In this document: positions 19,044 through 28,082 of the stretch, one piece after another
Position numbering within the stretch: position 1 is the stretch's first letter
Layout: each line of letters starts with the position of its first letter
Source: a virus
Strand: one strand, 5' to 3'
Virus record (IMG/VR): IMGVR_UViG_3300023174_000075
Coordinates: 32,001 to 96,000 of that record
DNA: 64,000 bases
The notes under the pieces: model-generated
Told to the model about the DNA's origin: nothing
Databases searched by the model: none
The model's input: the letters and a program-made list of their open reading frames with translations, nothing else
Made by a program: the position numbers and the translations under genes

Positions 19044-19555
19044 TTTTTATTTTTTACACAATTAGGGTATTTTTTGCCAAACATTGTTTTTATTCCTTTT
19101 TTAGTATATCCAGGCCAACATTTTTCATTTAGTATATCTTCATTCTGTTGTACAGGAGCATATCCTGAGCCATATGGTGCTGCTTTACCGGATTGAGGGT
19201 CTGCTGTTTCTTTATTTAAAGTTTTAGTTTTTCTTTTAGATGCTTCTTTACGTGTTTCAATATAATCTAAAGCACGTTTTAAACGTTTTTTAACCTCAGG
19301 ATCTTTAGCTTTACCATATGCTGCTCTAACACGTTGATGAATTAAATTAATAATTTGTGATTTACGAGCGTGTGTTTTAGATTTAAATGATGCTTTAGTT
19401 AAAGTATCTTTTATATCTTCAGCTGTTTTAAATTTAATAGATACAGTATCTTTAGGATTTTCATCTGTGTATAAACGACGACTGGATCCTTTAGGTTTTT
19501 TACCGGTACCTGTTTTAGGATCAGCTTCAGTTAATATATCTATTAATTTTATCAT
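19040..19555 (-). CDS. MIKL-leader basic multi-module protein
   Basis: MIKLIDILTE|ADPKTGTG...; GKAAPYGSGY; ILNE|KCWPGY...NCVK. Confidence 0.75.
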   Translation of the reverse strand: MIKLIDILTEADPKTGTGKKPKGSSRRLYTDENPKDTVSIKFKTAEDIKDTLTKASFKSKTHARKSQIINLIHQRVRAAYGKAKDPEVKKRLKRALDYIETRKEASKRKTKTLNKETADPQSGKAAPYGSGYAPVQQNEDILNEKCWPGYTKKGIKTMFGKKYPNCVKNKK

Positions 19556-19566
19556 ATTAAACTATA

Positions 19567-19851
19567 TTACTTCTTTAATTTAATATTTTCAGTGGATAAG
19601 AAATCAACTTTAACACGTAGTTCTGCTACTTCAGATGTTAATTTCAATACTAAATTACGTAATTCATCTTTTTCTTTAGCTGATGCTTCTAATAGAGCTT
19701 CTAATTTAGAGATACGATCTTTGCAGTCATGACGAATAAAATCATCATCACGTTCTCTATGTATTGCTCTTTTTTCATAATAGCGAAAAGCTGTAGTACC
19801 ACCTAAAACTGTTATTGCTGTGATTAATACTGACCAAATGTTACTATCCAT
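19567..19851 (-). CDS. N-terminal TM plus coiled-coil protein
   Basis: Hydrophobic N-terminus, heptad repeats; ATATTTAT upstream. Confidence 0.7.
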   Translation of the reverse strand: MDSNIWSVLITAITVLGGTTAFRYYEKRAIHRERDDDFIRHDCKDRISKLEALLEASAKEKDELRNLVLKLTSEVAELRVKVDFLSTENIKLKK

Positions 19852-19891
19852 AATACTTAAGACTTATTGTATAAATTATTACCAATAAATA

Positions 19892-20473
19892 TTATGCGTT
19901 CATGGCCTCCTTGAGTTTCTGGATGTATTCTTGTATATCTTTTATGAATTGATTGTCTAGACTTTTACCTTTCCATTCTTCAATATCACCTGCTTCTGTA
20001 ACGTATGATTCGCCAGATTGACCCATAAGTAATTCTAATAATACATTTTCCATTTCCTTAATGTGATATGTAATACCCTGTTTAATTATATTTTGTTCAT
20101 ATTCTTTATATTCACCTCTAACCTTTAATTTAGTTTCATAATCAATTACACAATCAGAACATTTTTGATGTATTTTGAACATATACTTATCAAAATGACC
20201 TTTTGTCATTGGTTTGTTACAGTTAGGACATGTGATAGGTGTGAATATTTTTTTCTTAATATCGTCAAAGCGTGTTACAGTTTGTTTAATTCCATTTTTT
20301 ATAGTCCATTTTTTGCCACGTTCTTCCCAAACGTCACCTTCCTTGCGTTCAACATAGTCGGCAGTATATCCAACCTGTATGCCGGTTTTATCACCCGCTT
20401 TTTTGGTAATGATATTACGCATACGTTGTACATCGCGTGTTTTAAATTCTTTTTTAAGTAAATTATCGCTCAT
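19892..20473 (-). CDS. Hypothetical zinc-finger protein
   Basis: CPNC...CSDC. Confidence 0.75.
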   Translation of the reverse strand: MSDNLLKKEFKTRDVQRMRNIITKKAGDKTGIQVGYTADYVERKEGDVWEERGKKWTIKNGIKQTVTRFDDIKKKIFTPITCPNCNKPMTKGHFDKYMFKIHQKCSDCVIDYETKLKVRGEYKEYEQNIIKQGITYHIKEMENVLLELLMGQSGESYVTEAGDIEEWKGKSLDNQFIKDIQEYIQKLKEAMNA

Positions 20474-20940
20474 TATAACCCTAATTTTTTAAGTTGTGCA
20501 ATTGTATTTGTAGCTGAAGTATGGTGTATTCCCATACCACCAGCATTATTCCATTCTCTAATGGTTTGTTCCATATCATCAATTAATATTCGTTCAGGGC
20601 CAGCAAACATTTGTTTATATGCTCTAGAATAAAAATATAATTTTTTATATTGATTATTAATATGCATTTTGCACCAAGCTTCCTTACCTACTTTAGATGA
20701 AGGATCTTGTGATGGAGATGATAAAATATTTGGTTTATAGCGTTTGATATAACTCCATAGAGTTTTACCATCTGACATCCAGGGTAGATTAGCCCAAAAA
20801 GCGGCCCCTTCTTCTTCTATTGGTTGCCAAAAGGCAGCGTCACCTTTAACGTATTGTTTTGTGTGAACACCTGTTAGATCATAATAACCTTTTTCAAAAT
20901 CAACAAGGACACCATCCATGTCACAGTAAATTGTATACAT
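20473..20940 (-). CDS. HAD-family 5'(3')-deoxyribonucleotidase
   Basis: DMDGVLVDF, LSSP, GKEAW, LIDD. Confidence 0.88.
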   Translation of the reverse strand: MYTIYCDMDGVLVDFEKGYYDLTGVHTKQYVKGDAAFWQPIEEEGAAFWANLPWMSDGKTLWSYIKRYKPNILSSPSQDPSSKVGKEAWCKMHINNQYKKLYFYSRAYKQMFAGPERILIDDMEQTIREWNNAGGMGIHHTSATNTIAQLKKLGL

Positions 20941-20953
20941 AACTTATATTTTA

Positions 20954-22366
20954 TTATTGATATATTTCTTCGTTTTGTTTGCCGAATTTTCTTAATAATA
21001 CACCTGCTTGCGCATTTGCTTCATTTTCAATTTCACTACCCGTCTCACCACTATTATAATCAATTCTACCATCCTCAGCTTGCTTGCGATGTACTAACTC
21101 ATGAGCTAATGTACGTAATAAATCGGCCATGTTACGATTTTTAACATACAACCATATTTTATCATTATTAGGATCAAATGAACCAAATGAATGATTTGAT
21201 TTAGCCATATTATTATCTCTTGACAATGTAAGAGATGTTGGCGGTTTTTGTATTCCTAATTCGTCAATAGCAAAAGCAATAAATTTCTTTAATAATTTAT
21301 TATCGTTTGCTGTATTTAAACCTTCCCCAAGATCAATGGGTTGATGTAATTGTTTAGTTTGTAGATTTAATGTGCCTTGTAATACAGTAGGAATTGAACC
21401 TAAAGCTTTATATAAAGATAATACAACTTCTCCACCTACCAAATAATACTTATCTTGAGCATAACATAATACAAGAGGTAACGGCATATCCTTACCAGCT
21501 TTAATTTGATCAATGTATGGTTTTGGGTTAATACCTAATTTTAAAGCATGTTGGATAGCATCATCTAGTGTTTTCATTTTATATGACTTGCTATTTTCTA
21601 ATTTAGACCATATATCATCATTTAATACTGTTTCCTCTCCACCATTAAAAGCATATTCCATATCCTCTATTGGAATATTAAATACAGCAGATGCTTTTTC
21701 TATTTTAGCACGATTTTGTGTTATGTAGTCTTGATAAGCATCATCATCAAAATTAATTGGAGGTGATTCTTTTAATGGCTCTTCTGTAGGTGTTTCGGCA
21801 GGAGTTTCTATTGGTGGTGTTTCTGTTGATTTTTCTTCTGGTTTATTATTCAATGCATTTAAAAAATCATCTACAGACACTCCATCGGGAAGATATTTTG
21901 CAATTTCTTCCTCATTCTTTTGAGCTAAGGCCATACGTAAGTTAGTTGCACTAACACCTTCAATAGCACCAGCATCAAATACTTTTACGTTAGGGTATTT
22001 CTCAATACTTTTATAGCGATCCATTTCACCTTTACCAAATGCTACTAAAAAATTAGTATCAGGATTATTTTTAACAACATCATATACTTCCTTAACAGGA
22101 CTAGAATCAGCAGATACTTTTACTTCAACTGAACCATTAAATTTATTTTTATATAGATCCCATACAGCAATACTTTCATCAGCAGTAACACCTTCACGTG
22201 TTTGAGGTGACACAAGTACTACTACTTGATCAGCAGCTTTTAATAATTTTTCAACAACATCAACATGTCCTTTATGAGGTGGTTTAAAGGCACCTGGGAA
22301 TAGTGCTATTGTTGGTTGATTTTCTGCTTCTAATAATATATTAGCTAAGTATTGGCCTAAATTCAT
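20954..22366 (-). CDS. Multidomain protein: HxGH nucleotidyltransferase (cytidylyltransferase/NMNAT-like), middle domain, zincin HExxH domain
   Basis: FPGAFKPPHKGH, GVSATNLR; TLAHELVH...ENEANA. Confidence 0.8.
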   Translation of the reverse strand: MNLGQYLANILLEAENQPTIALFPGAFKPPHKGHVDVVEKLLKAADQVVVLVSPQTREGVTADESIAVWDLYKNKFNGSVEVKVSADSSPVKEVYDVVKNNPDTNFLVAFGKGEMDRYKSIEKYPNVKVFDAGAIEGVSATNLRMALAQKNEEEIAKYLPDGVSVDDFLNALNNKPEEKSTETPPIETPAETPTEEPLKESPPINFDDDAYQDYITQNRAKIEKASAVFNIPIEDMEYAFNGGEETVLNDDIWSKLENSKSYKMKTLDDAIQHALKLGINPKPYIDQIKAGKDMPLPLVLCYAQDKYYLVGGEVVLSLYKALGSIPTVLQGTLNLQTKQLHQPIDLGEGLNTANDNKLLKKFIAFAIDELGIQKPPTSLTLSRDNNMAKSNHSFGSFDPNNDKIWLYVKNRNMADLLRTLAHELVHRKQAEDGRIDYNSGETGSEIENEANAQAGVLLRKFGKQNEEIYQ

Positions 22367-23118
22367 TTTATAAAATTATTTATTTTCGATTTAGCATTTT
22401 TAATAGATGTAAATTGTGGTATTATTTCTACTAAATGAGCTATCATGTCATTTAAAGCTTGATTTTCTTGTTCTTTTTTAGCGCGTTCGTCTGCTGTATA
22501 AACCTTACCACTACCTTTTACTGTTTGAAAAAATAATCGTTTAGCAGTTTCAGGATTATATTCAGCTTTACCTTCAGGATCATTATTTACTAATATAAAT
22601 TTATCACCAAAAGCTTTTTTATACGTATCTATATTATTATTAACTCCAGCCCATGTTTTTAATACAATACCAGGAGGTAATGCTCTATCCCTATCAGCAT
22701 TACGTTTTAATGATGTATAAGGGGAAACCCAAATCATTAACATCATTGTATCATATCCTAATGCTTCTAATTCAGATTTTTTCTTAAGTAATGGTTTACT
22801 AGCGGCACCTGTACCATCTATTACTATATTATTTTTATCAGCAGATAGTTGTGCAAATTTTTCTTTAGTAGTCTTTTGAGCTCTACCCATCATTTGTGCT
22901 GCTTGGGATAATTGATCTTGACTAAAATCAGAAATTTTAGTACCTAATCCAGCTGCTTTAAGTAGTTCTTCATAAGCATCATCTACGTTAATTACAGTTA
23001 AATCTGATGGTATAATTTGCTTAGTTACAAATGTTTTACCAGAGCCAGCAGGACCAGCTAAAAATATAGCTTTTGGTCGAGCTGATGCTTCTAATAATAA
23101 GTTTAATAATTTAATCAT
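22363..23118 (-). CDS. Zeta-toxin/AAA_33-like P-loop kinase with MIKL leader
   Basis: MIKLLNLLLE|A; LAGPAGSGKT, INVDD, IVIDGTG, RNADR. Confidence 0.82.
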   Translation of the reverse strand: MIKLLNLLLEASARPKAIFLAGPAGSGKTFVTKQIIPSDLTVINVDDAYEELLKAAGLGTKISDFSQDQLSQAAQMMGRAQKTTKEKFAQLSADKNNIVIDGTGAASKPLLKKKSELEALGYDTMMLMIWVSPYTSLKRNADRDRALPPGIVLKTWAGVNNNIDTYKKAFGDKFILVNNDPEGKAEYNPETAKRLFFQTVKGSGKVYTADERAKKEQENQALNDMIAHLVEIIPQFTSIKNAKSKINNFIK

Positions 23119-23136
23119 AATATATCAATAAATATA

Positions 23137-23922
23137 TTACTTTGCTATTTTAACTGAAGTTGGTAATATTTCTGTGTATGGTTTGTGGTCAGGATTTTCC
23201 ATTTTATATATTTCCTGTACGTTTTTAAACATTTTGAAATTATTCTCAATATCACTAACTATTTTTAGTTCCCAACCTTTACCTTGTATTCTACCACCTT
23301 TACCCTCACCGCGTGTATTTGCTTTAACCCACAATATACCAGTTTGTGTAATTTTTTCACTATGCGTTTCGTTCCATGCTGTAGCATAGGCTGCTAACTG
23401 TAAGTCATAGCTAGTATGAAGTGAATTTGATGTTTTAAGATCCATTAACCATAAATGATCCATAAATCGAACTACTAAATCTGCAGTACCTGCAAATTCA
23501 TGTTCATCTGAAAATAAATGATATTCTGTAGCTACTAGTTCTGGTTTATGAGTGTTCCAAAAATCAGCAAAGCGTAATATCATACGCCAAACATCTAAAT
23601 TGTATTTAACATTACCCCATTCATCTAACCAATGAATTTCTTCACCATTAATAAAGGCTTCAACAGCATTGTGTACTTGTGTACCTTCACCAGCTGCTTT
23701 ATTAGCTATGATGTCGGAATTGTGTCCTACATCTTTTAACCAGCTATGGAAGAATTGATTTTTAGGGAAATAATTTAGAATTGATGTTACTGAGGGGAAA
23801 TATTTTCCATCTCTACGATAGAATCTATTATCTAAAACATTAATTTGTTTGTCACCTTCTTTATATTCTACAAGGCGTTTGATCTTAGGATCTTTAATAA
23901 TGTTTACATTTTTTTCAATCAT
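23137..23922 (-). CDS. PD-(D/E)xK (Cas4/RecB-like) exonuclease
   Basis: PSVTSIL, GTQVH, AGTADL..DLKTS, QLAAY. Confidence 0.88.
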   Translation of the reverse strand: MIEKNVNIIKDPKIKRLVEYKEGDKQINVLDNRFYRRDGKYFPSVTSILNYFPKNQFFHSWLKDVGHNSDIIANKAAGEGTQVHNAVEAFINGEEIHWLDEWGNVKYNLDVWRMILRFADFWNTHKPELVATEYHLFSDEHEFAGTADLVVRFMDHLWLMDLKTSNSLHTSYDLQLAAYATAWNETHSEKITQTGILWVKANTRGEGKGGRIQGKGWELKIVSDIENNFKMFKNVQEIYKMENPDHKPYTEILPTSVKIAK

Positions 23923-24851
23923 AATTGGAGTTTTTTAGTCAATAGAGATTGAAAGTTAAGAGGTGCAGTATTTTCAATAATGTTTAAAAACCTCTCAAAT
24001 CCAATTTCATTAGCATCTTTACCATCTAATTCTACTAGATATACTTCTTTACCATACGACATCAATTCTTCGCAATATTTAAAAGCATTTTTAATAGCAT
24101 CAGGATCAAGAGCAATATAGATTCTATTGACTGATGAACGGACTAATTTTTTCATTAGCTTCTCGTGAATAATTTTCCCAAATAAGGGGATTACATTGCG
24201 TTTAATTGTTAGTGCATCAAACATACCTTCAACAAGTATAATAGGTGCGTCCCAATTTATATATAACTCCCAACCAATAGCAGATTTAGCATCAGCAGGA
24301 GGATTTTTATATTTTTGTGGTCCATCTTTATAAGCGCGAGCAATAAAGTAATTTATAATACCATTCTCGTCATATGAGGGAACTATAACTCTATCTTTGT
24401 ATAGACCATCATTACAAAATCCAATATTATATTTGATAATATCGTCAAGTGTTATACCACGCTTACGTAAAAATTTAATAGCATGTTTTGCTTCAATAGT
24501 AGTGATTTTATTTTCAACAATATCTGTTAGTGATATAAATTCCTTAGGTAATTCAAGTGTGGTAGATATTTGCTTATATTCTTTACCAGGAGCTATAATC
24601 ATGTTTAGCTCAGCTACTTTATTAGCGGGTATCTTAGCGTTTTTAAAAAGAGATCTAATGGTTTTACCTTTTGCCTCACACACCCAACAATGCCAAGGAT
24701 TCTCGCTTTTAGCGTTTGTTATGCAATTGATTTCTAGTTTATTCTTATGATGAGTACAAAATGGACATTTAAAGGAGTAGTTACCCCGACTAGTCTTGTT
24801 ACCAGTACCTAAAACAGATTCTAATAATATTAATAGAGCAGCATTTTCCAT
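23919..24851 (-). CDS. dnaG: DNA primase (zinc finger plus TOPRIM)
   Basis: CPFC..H...CWVC; LVEGMFD; ALDPD; KDANE. Confidence 0.9.
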   Translation of the reverse strand: MENAALLILLESVLGTGNKTSRGNYSFKCPFCTHHKNKLEINCITNAKSENPWHCWVCEAKGKTIRSLFKNAKIPANKVAELNMIIAPGKEYKQISTTLELPKEFISLTDIVENKITTIEAKHAIKFLRKRGITLDDIIKYNIGFCNDGLYKDRVIVPSYDENGIINYFIARAYKDGPQKYKNPPADAKSAIGWELYINWDAPIILVEGMFDALTIKRNVIPLFGKIIHEKLMKKLVRSSVNRIYIALDPDAIKNAFKYCEELMSYGKEVYLVELDGKDANEIGFERFLNIIENTAPLNFQSLLTKKLQL

Positions 24852-24869
24852 AGTCCTCAATATACGAAA

Positions 24870-25310
24870 TTATTCTGCCGTAACAAAATCTTTGCGATAG
24901 AATTTACCTAGTATATTATCATTGTAACTATCAGTAAATAGTACTGAGTATGATACTTGGTATTGTATTTCGTAGTATGTAAGTTGTTTTTTAGTAGAGC
25001 AGAATTTTATTATTTCCTTCTCGAAGTTATCTGCTCCTAGTAATTTAACATCAGCTAATAATTCTTTAGATGAACCCCAGTAATTACGCCAACCACTGTC
25101 GACTTGTTCTATTTTAGTAATTGAGCGACGACCAGGACCAGTTTGTTCAGCTAATTCCTTTTTAGTAAGCTTTTTCTTCTTATTGTGAAAGAATGCTTTT
25201 TTACCTATGTAAAATTTATTTGTTTCTAGATTAGTGATTTTATAAATAAAACCATAATCGTTCGTAGTAAAATCGTCCTGTAGTGGGACGTATTCATATA
25301 ACCAATTCAT
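24870..25310 (-). CDS. GIY-YIG endonuclease (Seg/EndoII-like)
   Basis: GFIYKITN..YIGKK...YWGSS...E...YNDNI. Confidence 0.82.
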   Translation of the reverse strand: MNWLYEYVPLQDDFTTNDYGFIYKITNLETNKFYIGKKAFFHNKKKKLTKKELAEQTGPGRRSITKIEQVDSGWRNYWGSSKELLADVKLLGADNFEKEIIKFCSTKKQLTYYEIQYQVSYSVLFTDSYNDNILGKFYRKDFVTAE

Positions 25311-25320
25311 AAAAACTGTT

Positions 25321-26337
25321 TTAAGTGTCATATTTGACAATAAATGTCATATCTGTGTCTGATGATAGAACTATTGGTTTAACTAATTTAGCAACCATTA
25401 ATAATTCATCTTCATCATTATATAAACCTATTGTTGTAACATATGGTTGAAATGCAGATCCAGTAGCAAAATCTTTAACTACACTATCAAATGATCCAGT
25501 TAATGTATAAAGATTACTACTTCCTGAAACTATAGAATTACTACCTGATATTAATGGTACAATACATTGTCCGCCATATTTTAATAAGGTTGGATTAAAT
25601 GATAAATTATAATCACTTTCTTTTACAATGCAGCGAACTTCATTTTCATATATAATATGTTCGTTTTGAAAGGAAATTGTTGTTATACCTGTTAATAAAT
25701 TTTGATAACTAGAACTTTGATTAGTTATTACTACTAATCCCTGAGCATAAAATATATTTCCAATAAAATTTACTCCTGCTGATAGACTACCAGTTAAGGT
25801 ATAATTTAGTGTTATGTAATTTAAATCAATGTATTGGTTTTGAGCTTGTATTATATCATATAAATTACCATTTCCATCATCCTTAATAAAAATGCCTGAG
25901 GATGAAATTTGAAAGCTAGCAGGTAATATTTTAGAACCATATATATTTTGATTAATACTCAATACTCCTATTGTTTCATTAGCCCCAGTAGGAAACTGTT
26001 TAATTAATAAAGGATTAATATTATAATTAAAATATGAAGCTGTTGGACGTTGTTGAGAAGCAGATTGATAAGTATCGGCATTAAACATCAATGACCCTGT
26101 ATCTAAACTACCAGTATATGATTGGTAGAACATATGGTTCATTTGACTATATATCAGTGACTGATACTGAGAGTTTGTTGTAGTGGAGTTTGATGAATTA
26201 AAAACTTCATTTTTACCAACATAATAAACAGCGTATTCATTATTTGGGGTTGTGGTATAAGGTAATACCCAACGCTTATTTGCAGCATAGGGTACTGTTG
26301 TTACATCAGCCTTGTTTAATTTTTTGAATGATGACAT
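25321..26337 (-). CDS. Virion structural protein (baseplate/tail; paralogous C-terminus to the neighbouring gene)
   Basis: C-terminal YVTTIGLYND..ELL.VAKL.KP shared with 26341..27342. Confidence 0.75.
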   Translation of the reverse strand: MSSFKKLNKADVTTVPYAANKRWVLPYTTTPNNEYAVYYVGKNEVFNSSNSTTTNSQYQSLIYSQMNHMFYQSYTGSLDTGSLMFNADTYQSASQQRPTASYFNYNINPLLIKQFPTGANETIGVLSINQNIYGSKILPASFQISSSGIFIKDDGNGNLYDIIQAQNQYIDLNYITLNYTLTGSLSAGVNFIGNIFYAQGLVVITNQSSSYQNLLTGITTISFQNEHIIYENEVRCIVKESDYNLSFNPTLLKYGGQCIVPLISGSNSIVSGSSNLYTLTGSFDSVVKDFATGSAFQPYVTTIGLYNDEDELLMVAKLVKPIVLSSDTDMTFIVKYDT

Positions 26338-26340
26338 GCA

Positions 26341-27342
26341 TTAATAATCTAATTTGATCCTAATTAGAGCTTCTTTAGTGAAATCTTTTGTTAATGGTTT
26401 ACTTAATTTAGCTACAGCTAATAATTCATTATTATCATTATACATACCTACTGTTGTAACATATGTTTGAGGATTATCAATTAATGTAGTGTATAATAAA
26501 TTACCATTTGCATCTATAATAGATGGGTTTGTTGTATAATTAAATTCACTATTTTTAACACGTGTGAAAAAATAACGTGATGAAATTACTTCTGATGATT
26601 TTAATTGAAAACTACCTGATGTTGCGGCTGCTGATTGAGATATAGATTGCCATAATCTAAGATGATTATTTGATACTGTGGATGTTCCTAGAGAAGAAGC
26701 AGAGATATATGGAGTTAATGACCCAGAAGCATCTAATATAATAACTCCTAAATCAGGTAGCATCATACCATAATAAGTAGTTGCTGCACTACTTGTATAG
26801 GCATTACCATTACTACCACTAATAATATAATATACTCTATTTTCACCAATAAATCTAGTTAATGATGTTGTATTACTATCATCTGTTAAATTAATTCCTT
26901 TATAATTAGCACCACTGCCACTACTTAACGTTAAATTAAATGATCCTGGAGAGAATGATTGTTTGTATTGAGCTCTAGAAACATTAATTACATATATTTG
27001 TCTAGCAGTTGTAGTACCACCATCAAAACTAAAATTAGTATTTTCATCCCCATATACTAAATTTCTATATTGACCATATACAGTACGTGATGGAGAATAT
27101 CCAGGTACAGCAGCATTAATGGGTAAAGAACCAGATCCTGATATATGACCATATTGGATATCAAATTGAACGGATGCTGTTGTTGTGGTTGGATTACCTT
27201 GATATATATCTAAATAATATTCTGTGTATCCACTTCCTGTAAAAAATGTTGATAAAGTATTAATATCCCCAGCCCATAATCCACGAACTACGGTTTCTGA
27301 ACTTATTACTGAATCATCTGTTGCGTATCTTGAAAATGACAT
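26341..27342 (-). CDS. Virion structural protein (baseplate/tail)
   Basis: EFNYTTNPS...YVTTVGMYND..ELLAVAKLSKP. Confidence 0.75.
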   Translation of the reverse strand: MSFSRYATDDSVISSETVVRGLWAGDINTLSTFFTGSGYTEYYLDIYQGNPTTTTASVQFDIQYGHISGSGSLPINAAVPGYSPSRTVYGQYRNLVYGDENTNFSFDGGTTTARQIYVINVSRAQYKQSFSPGSFNLTLSSGSGANYKGINLTDDSNTTSLTRFIGENRVYYIISGSNGNAYTSSAATTYYGMMLPDLGVIILDASGSLTPYISASSLGTSTVSNNHLRLWQSISQSAAATSGSFQLKSSEVISSRYFFTRVKNSEFNYTTNPSIIDANGNLLYTTLIDNPQTYVTTVGMYNDNNELLAVAKLSKPLTKDFTKEALIRIKLDY

Positions 27343-27360
27343 ATTATATTTTTATTTTAA

Positions 27361-28026
27361 TTAGGTTGTTGATACTTTTTGAATGTTAATAGGAATAGTA
27401 ATTCTAGCACCACTATCTCTACCAATTACAGTAATTGTTGTAGATAATGTAGTTAATGATGTACCAAATAATGTATTAACTGTTGTTCCAGTTAAAGTAA
27501 ATGATGTACCAATTGTTGATTTAGATAATACAGTACCTGTAGTAGTATTTAAATTTTGATTACCAACTGTAGTAGTAGTAATACCTGTACCTTGGAAAGA
27601 TGATACTAATCTAATATCAGTAATTGTGGCTACGTATCCGTTAGCTTCAAATGTACTTGTAGCACCCAAATAATTTAATGTTTGTGGTGTTAATGTTAAT
27701 GAAGCACCTTGTTTGAGGGTAATGATATTGTAACCCAAACTAATAACTGGTAGACGGGATGTACCACGTGGTAATGTTGTTAGTTTATAGCGCATTATTT
27801 GTGTATCATTAGGAAATGCTTGAATTACAGGCATATTCTCAATTGCTTCACCATAAAATGCTGATCCTGATGGGTGAGTTGGATTATACATTGTATAATC
27901 TACTTCATCATCAGCTAAAGAAAATTGTGTAATTTGAAAGGATCCGTCATTGCGAGCTAATAACTCACGACCTTTCGTAGTTAGAAGTGCATCTACTGTT
28001 ACCGTTGTAGGATTTAATATTGCCAT
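27361..28026 (-). CDS. Virion structural protein (baseplate/tail)
   Basis: DALLTTKGRELLA..ITQFSLADDEVDY; ATATTTAT upstream. Confidence 0.75.
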   Translation of the reverse strand: MAILNPTTVTVDALLTTKGRELLARNDGSFQITQFSLADDEVDYTMYNPTHPSGSAFYGEAIENMPVIQAFPNDTQIMRYKLTTLPRGTSRLPVISLGYNIITLKQGASLTLTPQTLNYLGATSTFEANGYVATITDIRLVSSFQGTGITTTTVGNQNLNTTTGTVLSKSTIGTSFTLTGTTVNTLFGTSLTTLSTTITVIGRDSGARITIPINIQKVSTT

Positions 28027-28082
28027 TTTTTATTGTTTATTGTATATACTATAAATATGTGAAAAATTCAAATTTAATATAA

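Noticed and set aside
22363-23118. Epsilon/zeta toxin-antitoxin module
   Set aside because: No recognisable antitoxin partner; only the P-loop kinase fold is supported.
23137-23922. Cas4 as evidence of a CRISPR-Cas system
   Set aside because: It is a stand-alone phage PD-(D/E)xK exonuclease next to primase, with no array or other cas genes.
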